From a virus: DNA of 64,000 nt. Below are positions 50,785-59,502 of this stretch, piece after piece (the stretch's first letter is position 1; each line of letters begins with the position of its first letter). The DNA is taken from positions 1 through 64,000 of IMG/VR virus record IMGVR_UViG_3300044912_000492, one strand, 5' to 3'. Below the pieces are notes generated by a model. The model did no database searches and was not told where the DNA came from. It was given only the letters and a program-made list of their open reading frames with translations. A program made the translations under genes and the position numbers.

Positions 50785-50943
50785 TTAAGCGTAATACTTA
50801 GTGATACCGTCAAATGCTTCTTGGATTTCGGGATCAGCGATAAATTCAATCAGCAATTTATCAGCTTCAATATGTGCAATTTCGGGATCTATATCAGTAT
50901 CTGATAAAGCTTCAAGCTTACTGATTAGTTCTTGTTTAGTCAT
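50785..50943 (-). CDS. small acidic protein (52 aa)
   Basis: ATG 50943 (MTKQELISKLEALSD). Confidence 0.4.
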   Translation of the reverse strand: MTKQELISKLEALSDTDIDPEIAHIEADKLLIEFIADPEIQEAFDGITKYYA

Positions 50944-51075
50944 GATGCTTTTACCTGTGACTAGAGTTAATAATGATCGCCGCCGCAATGGGCGACAGGA
51001 ACGCGATACACAGCAAATAGATTAGCTGTTGATGCAAGTGGTAGTAGTAATCAGATGGTGTCATTCTTTCCACCA

Positions 51076-51417
51076 TTACGCATTGATACGCTTGCTACAT
51101 GTTAGATCTTTAGCTGTAGGCAGCCATTGATCGATTTCTGGTGGTAGTGAGTCTTCTTGAGTGGATTCCTTGGGTTCTGTAAATCCTTTTACCTCTAACG
51201 CTCTACGCTCAAATGATTTGATGGCGGCTTTAATCTCATCAGGTTTTGTGATGGCGATTGTGTTGGTTGAGTCTCCTGTCTTGACTGTGATGATGAATTG
51301 ATCGGGTAATCTTAAATAACCTTCAATTACTAAGCCCCAATTTTCTACAAATACTTTTGGTGTGATTTGAATCATTGCCTTGTTAATAATGTTTGTGAGT
51401 TGAGCAGTTTTCGCCAT
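51076..51417 (-). CDS. hypothetical protein (113 aa)
   Basis: ORF in the chain. Confidence 0.5.
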   Translation of the reverse strand: MAKTAQLTNIINKAMIQITPKVFVENWGLVIEGYLRLPDQFIITVKTGDSTNTIAITKPDEIKAAIKSFERRALEVKGFTEPKESTQEDSLPPEIDQWLPTAKDLTCSKRINA

Positions 51418-51431
51418 GCTCAGGGCATTGG

Positions 51432-51650
51432 TTAAACGTAATCCCTTGCTATATCGGTCATTGATTCTATATACGCCTCAATGATGCAAATCAAATTATC
51501 TGCCATTTCATAAGGAATATCAGCGACAGATTTAAAACCATGATTGCGACATATTTCTGACCTATATTTTTTTACGGAATCGCCATCAATTTGGCTAGCC
51601 CTTAATTTGAATTGCCAGTCTTCTAGTTTCATTAGATCAGCGCTCCACAT
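51432..51650 (-). CDS. hypothetical protein (72 aa)
   Basis: ORF in the chain. Confidence 0.45.
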   Translation of the reverse strand: MWSADLMKLEDWQFKLRASQIDGDSVKKYRSEICRNHGFKSVADIPYEMADNLICIIEAYIESMTDIARDYV

Positions 51651-52198
51651 CTATATCTTGCTGACATCGCAAAGTTAGCAGCGCGATCGCTGTCACGATC
51701 CATCATGCGATCCATGCGTTGACGTTCTAGACAAACATTAACCGACTCATCAGGATCGTAAAACCATGATGGCTCTTGAATCCTGACTGCCTTAGCGTAG
51801 TGACATTGTGGAATATCACGAATTACAGCCGTAATTCTAGACTCCATAACAGGATCGTATTGAACCTCTAGCGCCGATTCAACATGAATGTCATGAGCGT
51901 TTTGATGGCGCTCTGCTTCGAGATATGCACGCACATCAAACAACGCTAATCCACCGCCATACTGATTAGATGGAATCATTACCCCATCTCGAAGCAAACG
52001 AAACATGGGCTTTTTAGTTGTTCCCATGTTGATAATTTGATAGCCAAGACTAGCGGCTAATACTTCTACCTCATCAAAATCCACAACGGGGGCGCTGTAT
52101 GGTGTAGCGCATTCGTGCGCTACATGAGCAGGTAGATTGTGTGGGTTGCGATTGTCGTAAACCGCGGTGACGGGAATAAAAAACTTGTCAGTGGTCAT
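51632..52198 (-). CDS. hypothetical protein (188 aa), first gene of the leftward operon
   Basis: Long ORF starting next to the 52.2-kb control region. Confidence 0.55.
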   Translation of the reverse strand: MTTDKFFIPVTAVYDNRNPHNLPAHVAHECATPYSAPVVDFDEVEVLAASLGYQIINMGTTKKPMFRLLRDGVMIPSNQYGGGLALFDVRAYLEAERHQNAHDIHVESALEVQYDPVMESRITAVIRDIPQCHYAKAVRIQEPSWFYDPDESVNVCLERQRMDRMMDRDSDRAANFAMSARYRCGALI

Positions 52199-52287
52199 TG
52201 CGCTTGCCTTGTTGCTTGTGTTTTATCTGTATGTGAAACAGTATAACATGAATAACTCAAAATAAAACATAAAAATAAATTTTCTTT

Positions 52288-52316
52288 TTGACTCAAAGTA
52301 TGATACTTTGTAAATG
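52288..52316 (+). promoter_or_regulatory. promoter with palindromic operator in the spacer
   Basis: -35 TTGACT (52288-52293); the 17-nt spacer is a perfect palindrome, CAAAGTAT-G-ATACTTTG (52294-52310); -10-like TAAATG. Confidence 0.5.
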
Positions 52317-52336
52317 TAGTAATTAGTAAGGCATAC

Positions 52337-52504
52337 ATGGCTATTGAAACTAAACAAGTTATAACTGGTAATCGCAAAACCCTGTCTATTCAGGAAGAGG
52401 ATCTGGAAACTTTAAAAAGGTTAAAGCAGGGCAAAGAGAGTCTTGCTGTTACATTTCATCGGATCGTGGAAGCTGCTGACTTGCAATCATCGGTAAAGAA
52501 TTAG
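52337..52504 (+). CDS. ribbon-helix-helix protein (55 aa, below track cutoff)
   Basis: MAIETKQVITGNRKTLSIQEEDLETLKRLKQGKESLAVTFHRIVEAADLQSSVKN. Confidence 0.5.
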   Translation: MAIETKQVITGNRKTLSIQEEDLETLKRLKQGKESLAVTFHRIVEAADLQSSVKN

Positions 52505-52516
52505 GAGGTAAGGCAT

Positions 52517-52558
52517 ATGCACTCAGTAAAACGTGGTAGACCGTTTAAGCAAATATAA
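52517..52558 (+). CDS. 13-codon mini-ORF (MHSVKRGRPFKQI)
   Basis: Perfect SD TAGGAGGTAAGGCAT before the ATG; a terminator follows immediately. Carries the GRP motif of the small DNA-binding family. Confidence 0.3.
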   Translation: MHSVKRGRPFKQI

Positions 52559-52592
52559 AAAAAGCTGGTAGAGAATATCTACCAGCTTTTTG
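52559..52592 (+). terminator. rho-independent terminator
   Basis: AAAAGCTGGTAGA-gaata-TCTACCAGCTTTT then TGCTTTT. Confidence 0.8.
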
Positions 52593-52707
52593 CTTTTAAG
52601 CACCTTTGGTTTGTTCGCTTCAAGCCTCAAATCCTTGCTAGTAAAACTTTTATGGATTCTTGTAAGTCATTCGTTTCAGGCTTTTTTCTTAAAACCTGGT
52701 TTTGCTT

Positions 52708-52911
52708 TTAAGCACTTTTGCTCTGCCAATCATGGCAATCATTAGCAGCGTAAAAGTTCGCTGTTTCCTGTGATGGGACTTCAGTGCAGAGATTGCGTGA
52801 GTTGAATCTGCAATTCTCGCAGCTACGGCGCGATCGCCTGTCTTGTGTGGCTGCAAGTAGCTCTGCGAACTGTGTCTGTATCTGATATTCGGTAGGTTGT
52901 GTTAATCGCAT
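52708..52911 (-). CDS. hypothetical Cys-containing protein (67 aa)
   Basis: SCENCRFNSRNLC...NDCHDW. Confidence 0.4.
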   Translation of the reverse strand: MRLTQPTEYQIQTQFAELLAATQDRRSRRSCENCRFNSRNLCTEVPSQETANFYAANDCHDWQSKSA

Positions 52912-53013
52912 GTTTTATTTTTTATATTAAAAGCTATACTAAAAGAGCCTTGTTAACTTTGTTACTTTCTGAACTAAAGGCGGATCGCACCACTCTACAG
53001 CGATCCGCCTTTT

Positions 53014-53274
53014 TTATTGCTGATCTTTTTGCTCTATATCGTAATCGCGATCCGATTCTAATCGCGCCTCAATGCCGCTTACTTGTTGCTCTAATTTGGT
53101 GACGCGGCTATTTAGTCTATCCCAAATATGTATAGGCATTTGCAATCTTAGAGACTCATTAATTAGCTTGGTAATGTCGATATCTTCACCATTAGCTTTT
53201 CGCGCCGCTACGCATTGGATAAGTGCGCTGTAGATATCATCATCAATACGGATAGATCGGGGCGTTCCTGCCAT
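53014..53274 (-). CDS. RHH-like regulator with coiled-coil tail (86 aa)
   Basis: ATG 53274 (MAGTPRSIRIDDDIYSALIQ); divergent from the 53308 promoter. Confidence 0.45.
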   Translation of the reverse strand: MAGTPRSIRIDDDIYSALIQCVAARKANGEDIDITKLINESLRLQMPIHIWDRLNSRVTKLEQQVSGIEARLESDRDYDIEQKDQQ

Positions 53275-53307
53275 AAGGTTACTCAAAAATAATATTTAGC
53301 ATAACAC

Positions 53308-53337
53308 TTGACAGTATTTACTACAGACCTGTAGTAT
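53308..53337 (+). promoter_or_regulatory. near-consensus promoter with palindromic operator
   Basis: -35 TTGACA (53308-53313), 18-nt spacer, -10 TAGTAT (53332-53337). The inverted repeat TACTACAG-ac-CTGTAGTA (53319-53336) overlaps the -10. Confidence 0.55.
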
Positions 53338-53404
53338 TTTGTTAATGTCTCATCAGACATCCAATGGACATCCCATCAGACACTAGCGTTAAGGAGGTAA
53401 AACA

Positions 53405-53632
53405 ATTGAAATAGAGCAGTCTTTAAGGGCTTGGGCGGATTATTTTGGCATACCTTTTGGGACTTTTAAGAACAGAGCTAGCCAAATAAAAATCAAAGCC
53501 CCATTTACTGAATCAAAAGCAAGACTAATAGCGGCTCACGCTGCTGGCAAAGCTTTAAAAGCCAGAGGTTTTACAGCCTTAGCAGGAAAGAAAAATTACA
53601 CAAATATTATGGAGAAACTAACAAGTGACTGA
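53405..53632 (+). CDS. HTH-like protein with probable non-ATG (ATT) start (75 aa)
   Basis: AAGGAGG SD at 53391-53397, 7 nt before ATT 53405. The frame opens only after TAA 53390-53392 and has no ATG until near its end. Translation: IEIEQSLRAWADYFGIPFGTFKNRASQIK... Confidence 0.4.
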   Translation: MEIEQSLRAWADYFGIPFGTFKNRASQIKIKAPFTESKARLIAAHAAGKALKARGFTALAGKKNYTNIMEKLTSD

Positions 53633-53993
53633 TCAAGAAAAAGAAGTGATGAGACAAGCGCAATCTAACGCTCCTAGTACAGCACCTAAATCAGACAAGA
53701 AAAGCAAAAACACTAAGAGCGTGTCTTTAACTGCTGATGAACTAAAGCAACAAACATCAGAACAGATCGGGGCTTTGGCTACATCGGTTACTAATCCCAT
53801 GATGGCGGCTGTAAAAAAGACGGCATCACAAAAAATCATGCTTGAAACAGTTCAGTCCATGCCTGATATTTTGGCGGATGCTAACGCAGGGTTAGAGGAT
53901 TTTTTCGGTTCCTTCGAGCCAGAGACGCTGGCTTTCGATTTGACGATGAACCAATTACCCCAATCAGCACAACTTCAACTCAAGGCGGCGTAA
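53625..53993 (+). CDS. hypothetical protein (122 aa, GTG start)
   Basis: Overlaps the previous stop. Confidence 0.5.
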   Translation: MTDQEKEVMRQAQSNAPSTAPKSDKKSKNTKSVSLTADELKQQTSEQIGALATSVTNPMMAAVKKTASQKIMLETVQSMPDILADANAGLEDFFGSFEPETLAFDLTMNQLPQSAQLQLKAA

Positions 53994-53998
53994 ACACC

Positions 53999-54703
53999 AT
54001 GTACGAAGTACCCACTGACACTATTGTTGATTCTCAACAATTCACCGCACAACCAAATACAGCAGCCCCTATTGTTGCGATTAATCACGGTGGTGAAGTT
54101 AATCAATATCAGTGGGTAAGCCCTCGCAATATCGCTTTGATTGCTGGTGGATTGGTTGTGTTAGTCATTGGCGCGATCGCCATGCGTAGCACTGCGATAA
54201 CTACTGATCAAGTGATTAAGGTTGAGCCGTTAGCTCAACCTACCGTAAAAGCCGAAGAAGTCAATAAAGCCATTCTTGAAAGAAGTATCGAAGATTTAAA
54301 CACATTAATCTTTTTGACTAACGAAAGACTAGCAAAAGATAAGCCAGCGCTTCAAAACGAACGAGCGAAAGAGATTACTGCATGGGGTAACAAACTAGTT
54401 ACCGACAGAAACAGTAGTTGCTATAAAAGCGTTTATCAGCGCAAATGCTTTATTAGTATTTTCCTTAAAGAGCAAATTGAGCGATATAAAGACGCTTACC
54501 GTTCTCGCAAATGGGAAGAAGCAAACAAAGCTTTGTTCCAGATTGAATCAGCGAGAATTGCTTGGGTTGGATCTGGTGATCTTCCTTTGGATGGTGACGC
54601 AACTGTTTCAGCAATACGGAATGAACTTGAAAGACGAATTGAAGTTGAGCAACAAAGCGACAACGCGATCGCCGCCGAAATGTTTGGAGGTAAGCAACAG
54701 TGA
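53999..54703 (+). CDS. single-pass membrane protein (234 aa)
   Basis: TM helix IALIAGGLVVLVIGAIAM followed by a coiled-coil ectodomain. Confidence 0.55.
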   Translation: MYEVPTDTIVDSQQFTAQPNTAAPIVAINHGGEVNQYQWVSPRNIALIAGGLVVLVIGAIAMRSTAITTDQVIKVEPLAQPTVKAEEVNKAILERSIEDLNTLIFLTNERLAKDKPALQNERAKEITAWGNKLVTDRNSSCYKSVYQRKCFISIFLKEQIERYKDAYRSRKWEEANKALFQIESARIAWVGSGDLPLDGDATVSAIRNELERRIEVEQQSDNAIAAEMFGGKQQ

Positions 54704-55758
54704 AAGCTTTACCTTACGCTCTGAGCTTTGTCTCTAACTGTATTGCTACTGCACTCTTGGCTAATCCTATGCCCTATGTGGTGCAAAATCAGGCTGAGAT
54801 AGGGCTAGTATTACAGAAATATGCAATCGACAAGGAGGGCTTAGAGCTTAATTATCGCAGCTATAACAATCCTGTGGCGATGGGAATAACTGGAGCGATC
54901 GCGTTAGTTTCTTTTGGTTTTATGGTCAAAGAGCTTAGCGATAAGCCATTGATTCAAATGCCTACACAGTCAGCACAAAGCACTCAAGCGCCGCAATTTG
55001 TGAATAATGTTAATGTTCGCAATGTTGCTGTTAGCCGTCCTAGTCAAGAGCGCACTCAATCAAAGCAAGAATACACGCCTGATTTGGTTCCAACAGATAG
55101 CGATCCATATGCATGGATGGAAACATTGCATGAAGTGAATTGCTTACTGATTTATGGTGAACAAGGCGCTGGTAAAACAACCTATGTTGAGTATGAAGTG
55201 AAATGCAGAAAAGAGCTAAGACATCAGATCTTAGTACTTGATCCTCATCGTGAATATGGCGCTTGGGACGGATTGGAAGTGGTTGGCGACGGCATGAATT
55301 ATCAAGCAATTGATGATGAGCTTGGCAATATTAACGCCTTGATTAAAAGTCGTTATGAGCAACGCGCTACCATTCCAAACTTTAACCCTCAACCAATGAC
55401 AATCATTTGCGAAGAGTTCACAAAATGGAGTGCTAAATGCCCTAATTCAGATGATTTCTTTTCAGCCTCTTTGTCGGATTGCCGAAAAGTTAGAGTTCAT
55501 GTTGTGTATGTTGCACACGCCCGAACAATGGGAGCTTTAACCAAAAAAGTAGGCATGTCTGCAATGTTTGAAAATGGCTCTACCAAGTTAGAAATCTTAG
55601 GCAAAAAGAATGAACTTGGCAAAACTATCCCTAGCGGTTTTGCTGACTTGTACGATTCAAGAGATAGCAAACCCAAACGAGTTGCTATTCCAGATTTATC
55701 AAAATCTGAACCGCTACCAGAAAACGTAATCGATTTAAACAAAAGGAGAACTGCATAA
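54700..55758 (+). CDS. membrane-anchored P-loop ATPase, FtsK/VirD4/HerA-like (352 aa)
   Basis: Two N-terminal TM helices; Walker A YGEQGAGKTT; LVLDPHREYG; Walker B TIICEEF. Confidence 0.6.
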   Translation: MKALPYALSFVSNCIATALLANPMPYVVQNQAEIGLVLQKYAIDKEGLELNYRSYNNPVAMGITGAIALVSFGFMVKELSDKPLIQMPTQSAQSTQAPQFVNNVNVRNVAVSRPSQERTQSKQEYTPDLVPTDSDPYAWMETLHEVNCLLIYGEQGAGKTTYVEYEVKCRKELRHQILVLDPHREYGAWDGLEVVGDGMNYQAIDDELGNINALIKSRYEQRATIPNFNPQPMTIICEEFTKWSAKCPNSDDFFSASLSDCRKVRVHVVYVAHARTMGALTKKVGMSAMFENGSTKLEILGKKNELGKTIPSGFADLYDSRDSKPKRVAIPDLSKSEPLPENVIDLNKRRTA

Positions 55759-56228
55759 TGAGCAACCTTACACGCTACGCAAACCAAGCAAAAAATACCC
55801 GTGATATTGATCGTGATGGCGACGGGCAAATTGACGGATTTAACTCGCACGATCGCCCTCGCTATAACATCGATTGCAATACAAGATCGTCTATCTGGGT
55901 TTGGTTTAAGTCTGGATTTAAGCTGGCTTGGTTTTACCCTATAAGCTTTACAATGTTTTGCCTTTGCATGTGGTTTGTAGTCCGTCCTATCTTATTTACA
56001 GCGCCCGTCGCATTACTCAGAAATAACCCCAAGCAGCTTACAACGGCTGAAGCTGGCGGCGAACTTAACGCGCTTACTAATAATGTAGTTGTTGGAGTTC
56101 GAGGCTTTGCTGGTACTTCACTGGAAGCTGTACAAGAGTCCCAAATCAAAGCTAATACTGAGAACAGTGATCGCCGCCCTGCCGAAAGCTTGATTCCTAA
56201 AGCTAAAGTAACCTTTGTAGATAACTAA
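55758..56228 (+). CDS. membrane protein (156 aa)
   Basis: TM region WFYPISFTMFCLCMWFVVRPILFTAPVALL. Confidence 0.5.
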   Translation: MSNLTRYANQAKNTRDIDRDGDGQIDGFNSHDRPRYNIDCNTRSSIWVWFKSGFKLAWFYPISFTMFCLCMWFVVRPILFTAPVALLRNNPKQLTTAEAGGELNALTNNVVVGVRGFAGTSLEAVQESQIKANTENSDRRPAESLIPKAKVTFVDN

Positions 56229-56233
56229 ACGAT

Positions 56234-56740
56234 ATGCGTAAATCAGCATTTCTCACTACAGGCGGATTTATTTTGTCTGTAGTGATTTTTTTAGGAGATA
56301 TGACTAAGCAAGGCTATTGGGCTTTTACCGATGCAAACGACATTAAAAAAGCGCTTCCTACCTTTAACTCACAGCAATTCGCACAGCTACTCACAGGCAA
56401 CGATCAAGGGTGCTTAATTAAGGGCGCACAGACTCAAAAAGTAACTCGTAGCCAAATCAACACACTACGAAAACTAACAGACTTAGAACAAGCTAAAAAC
56501 CTACTAGGAAATGCGTATTGTCAAACAGCCACAGGGCTTGTGTACCTAACAGAATCAGGAAAAAGATTAACGGTAAGAATAGATAAGGCATTGGATTATG
56601 ACTTTGATTCAGAATCGAAATCGCTCACCAACAAAGAGCGCTCACCCTCAAAAACAGATGGAAGCGCTGATTACTTACTGCACAGAAGATTATCAACACC
56701 AAGTCCTAAGCCAGAAAGAAAACCAACTCAAAACCAATAA
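56234..56740 (+). CDS. signal-anchored/secreted protein (168 aa)
   Basis: N-terminal MRKSAFLTTGGFILSVVIFLG. Confidence 0.5.
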   Translation: MRKSAFLTTGGFILSVVIFLGDMTKQGYWAFTDANDIKKALPTFNSQQFAQLLTGNDQGCLIKGAQTQKVTRSQINTLRKLTDLEQAKNLLGNAYCQTATGLVYLTESGKRLTVRIDKALDYDFDSESKSLTNKERSPSKTDGSADYLLHRRLSTPSPKPERKPTQNQ

Positions 56741-57791
56741 CTTTATCCGTTTGGTTGCGTCTGGTATTTTGCTCTCATTTGTGGTGATAAAACCTTTTAA
56801 TTCTGTTGGTGAATGGGGATGGAGACTCGCTTCCATCCCTACTTTTGACCCTACTGGAATAGAGAAAAACTTCTCACAACTTAATGAAGACAAGGGCTTT
56901 AACCGTACATTTAAGCAAGGCGACAAAATCTTGCAATGGGAGATAACGTCACCATTTGGAGATCGCGTTCATCCTGTGACTGGCGAGATCAAAAAGCATA
57001 CAGGTGTAGACGTAAGTACACCAATAGGCACTCCGATCTATGCAGTAGGAAGACCTCGCAACGCCTTCGATATTGGCAAGATGTTTGACGATGAGATTAT
57101 TAGAGTTGAATGCCAAGATCGTGAAGGAGTAACGGCTGGAGGTACTACAGCGATCGCCACTAGTTCGCTAATGCCAGAACATCGTTTTCATTACTATCAC
57201 TTGGATACATGTAATGAAGGCGGCTTTGCTAGCGGCGCGATAATTGGTACTACTGGCAATAGCGGCACATCAACAACAGGCGCACATCTTCATTTTGGTG
57301 TTGAATTCAAGGGTCAATTCATTGATCCGCCTAGTGGTTTTTTGCGATGGACTCTTGAGGGCAAACAACCGCAACAAACGGAAACAAAGCCAATTGTTGA
57401 GAAGTTACGCAATGCGATCGCTGGTCAAGAATCGAACCATGATCCAAGCGCTGTCAATCCCCATAGCAACGCCCTTGGTTATGGTCAAGTCATGCCAGAA
57501 AATATCAAGGAGTGGTCAACTCAATGTCTTGGTAAGCCACTAACTGAAGATGAGTTTATTAAGTCCAAAGAGAAGCAGGTCAAGATCATTGATTGCAAGC
57601 TTACAGAGTATTTGGAGTCAACTAAAAACGCTCCTGATTTTGATACTCAAATCCGCAAAGTAGCATCAATGTGGTATAGCGGCGATCCTACCCTGTACGA
57701 CAATCCTAGACCGCAAACCTATGGCGCTGGTGATTATCCAAGTATTCGAGATTACACAACTACGGTATTAGGGAGATTTAAAAAGCAATGA
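56598..57791 (+). CDS. bifunctional cell-wall hydrolase: M23 peptidase + lytic transglycosylase (up to 397 aa)
   Basis: - M23 peptidase: HTGVDV (HxxxD) and GAHLHFGV (HxH).
- SLT lytic transglycosylase: QESNHDPSAVNP...LGYGQVMP.
- TM anchor FIRLVASGILLSFVVI.
- Start is 56598 or 56658, so it overlaps the upstream ORF by 83-143 nt. Confidence 0.75.
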   Translation: MTLIQNRNRSPTKSAHPQKQMEALITYCTEDYQHQVLSQKENQLKTNNFIRLVASGILLSFVVIKPFNSVGEWGWRLASIPTFDPTGIEKNFSQLNEDKGFNRTFKQGDKILQWEITSPFGDRVHPVTGEIKKHTGVDVSTPIGTPIYAVGRPRNAFDIGKMFDDEIIRVECQDREGVTAGGTTAIATSSLMPEHRFHYYHLDTCNEGGFASGAIIGTTGNSGTSTTGAHLHFGVEFKGQFIDPPSGFLRWTLEGKQPQQTETKPIVEKLRNAIAGQESNHDPSAVNPHSNALGYGQVMPENIKEWSTQCLGKPLTEDEFIKSKEKQVKIIDCKLTEYLESTKNAPDFDTQIRKVASMWYSGDPTLYDNPRPQTYGAGDYPSIRDYTTTVLGRFKKQ

Positions 57792-58282
57792 TCTACCTAA
57801 TTTTGATCTTAATCCTCATATATTGCTACTTCTACTATTGGCGATCGCCATACAAAATAATCAAGCATTGCGATGGCGACACCTCATGGGTAAAGCCACT
57901 ATTCGGGCGTAAATTCAAAGTTCGATATGCTGTAATTGATGCCAACGAATCTAGACAAGCTGGAGGGAAAGAAGCGACTCAATATCTAAATAGAATCTTG
58001 CCGATAGGTTCTAGAGTTGCCATCGTTCCCACATCAAAGCACAAAAGCTACGATCGCGACATGATTGGCACTGTATACCACAACTTTAGGAACATTAATC
58101 TAGCTATGCTAAAAGCTGGCTATGCAGTGATTGACCCGCGATACTTGACTGCTGATATACAAGAGCAGTACACCAAGGCTCAAAACAGGGCAAAAGCTCA
58201 TAGGCTTGGCAGATGGGGGCATCCCTCGCAGTATGCGGAAATGCCTTGGCAATTTAGAAAAAGAACAATGTGCAGAAGATGA
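57788..58282 (+). CDS. membrane-anchored staphylococcal-nuclease (SNase)-like nuclease (164 aa)
   Basis: N-terminal TM helix; CDGDT, VRYAVIDANE, YDRDMIGTVY and AMLKAGYAV match the SNc thermonuclease pattern. Confidence 0.7.
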   Translation: MIYLILILILIYCYFYYWRSPYKIIKHCDGDTSWVKPLFGRKFKVRYAVIDANESRQAGGKEATQYLNRILPIGSRVAIVPTSKHKSYDRDMIGTVYHNFRNINLAMLKAGYAVIDPRYLTADIQEQYTKAQNRAKAHRLGRWGHPSQYAEMPWQFRKRTMCRR

Positions 58283-58437
58283 CGATGGAAACCCCAATAA
58301 CGCCCGCGCAAGCCTTAAAGCTGTATCTCCGCTTACAGGAAATACCAAACCCGCAAAACATAGTAATAACGCCAAAAACTAGCCATTATTACTACAACAA
58401 AAAGACCGATAAATATTATTTAGGACAAATGCCATGA
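58279..58437 (+). CDS. small protein (52 aa, below track cutoff)
   Basis: ATGA-coupled to the nuclease gene. Translation: MTMETPITPAQALKLYLRLQEIPNPQNIVITPKTSHYYYNKKTDKYYLGQMP. Confidence 0.35.
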   Translation: MTMETPITPAQALKLYLRLQEIPNPQNIVITPKTSHYYYNKKTDKYYLGQMP

Positions 58438-58503
58438 CAAACCAAAACGGCGCTATTTATTTGATTAAGCGCGTAATTTATGAGCAGATTTGTAGGCTCG
58501 ATC

Positions 58504-59196
58504 CTAGCCAGTCTCTTTAGCTTTTAAAGCTCTTCTCAACTCCAAAAAAGCAGACGCAAATTCTTCTTTGACCTGAGTTGAGAAGAGCTTTTGATTTTTC
58601 TCAATCCTATCAAGGCGATCATCCAATAAGTCCAACGCCACTCGAAATTCAGCAGCGTAAACTTCAATCACTGAAGCTGTCTCTTTCGGGATACTGGCGA
58701 TCGCTTCCTTCAAAGCTTTTAAAGCTTCGCTATTATGCGTTGTAGCTTTGATTAAATCCTCAGTTGCTTGTACCTGTGATTCGCTTGCCCTTGATAATGC
58801 TTGTGTAGAGTGAGCATTTGCTGTTGAGGATTGGATTGCATCGCCTACTAAATGCAATAAGTCTTTGATTACAAATTCTGAGGAATCTGCGCTGTGCTTT
58901 GCAATCTGGGAAATCGTATCGGCTAACCCTTGATTAATATCAATCTCCGCTTCCAGTTCTTGTCCTTTGCGGTTTTCAGCTTGCAATACTTTGCTAGTTC
59001 TTACCCCTGCAAATTGCTTAGCTATTTCGCCCCATGGCATCCATTTCCCTATCAAAATACTTACAAGGGAAATAACCACACCTGCACCACCTAAGCCAAC
59101 AATAGGAACGTCATTACTATTAGAGTTAGCTCCGCTATTTGGCGTAGGCTGTGACTGTGTAGCAGGGGCTACAGCGATATAAGATTTCATTATCAA
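58504..59196 (-). CDS. membrane-anchored coiled-coil protein (230 aa)
   Basis: TM helix VGLGGAGVVISLVSILIG followed by a long helical region; possible lysis or spanin-like role. Speculative. Confidence 0.45.
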   Translation of the reverse strand: MIMKSYIAVAPATQSQPTPNSGANSNSNDVPIVGLGGAGVVISLVSILIGKWMPWGEIAKQFAGVRTSKVLQAENRKGQELEAEIDINQGLADTISQIAKHSADSSEFVIKDLLHLVGDAIQSSTANAHSTQALSRASESQVQATEDLIKATTHNSEALKALKEAIASIPKETASVIEVYAAEFRVALDLLDDRLDRIEKNQKLFSTQVKEEFASAFLELRRALKAKETG

Positions 59197-59217
59197 AGCA
59201 ATAGGGAAAGTATTACA

Positions 59218-59403
59218 ATGATTATGGCACTTTTTGAGGATTTTCGCATGAATAGCACATCATGGCTAACTGTTTTGGGCGCTGTCGCTGGAGCTTCTGA
59301 GATTGCAATCTCTAAGAATATTCAACCCGAAATAGCATCTGTTGTTTTTGGAATGAGTTTGCTAGGGATGGGGATTTTAGGTAAAGGAATCGAGAAAAAA
59401 TAG
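59218..59403 (+). CDS. two-TM small membrane protein, holin-like (61 aa)
   Basis: WLTVLGAVAGASEIAI and IASVVFGMSLLGMGILG, with a charged C-terminus KGIEKK. Confidence 0.45.
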   Translation: MIMALFEDFRMNSTSWLTVLGAVAGASEIAISKNIQPEIASVVFGMSLLGMGILGKGIEKK

Positions 59404-59405
59404 AC

Positions 59406-59438
59406 ACAAAAAAGCGGCAATTAACGCCGCTTTTTTGT
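59406..59438. terminator. bidirectional rho-independent terminator
   Basis: ACAAAAAAGCGGC-aattaac-GCCGCTTTTTTGT between convergent genes. Confidence 0.8.
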
Positions 59439-59502
59439 GTGTTAGTTGATTTTGCTGATATAAAACCCAATCTGAGAATGCAACGAAATGTAACCGTTTT
59501 AA

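Noticed and set aside
52195-52377. 60-aa minus-strand ORF at the head of the leftward operon.
   Set aside because: It overlaps the plus-strand promoter/palindrome and the start of the RHH ORF, has a hydrophobic low-complexity sequence, and has no SD.
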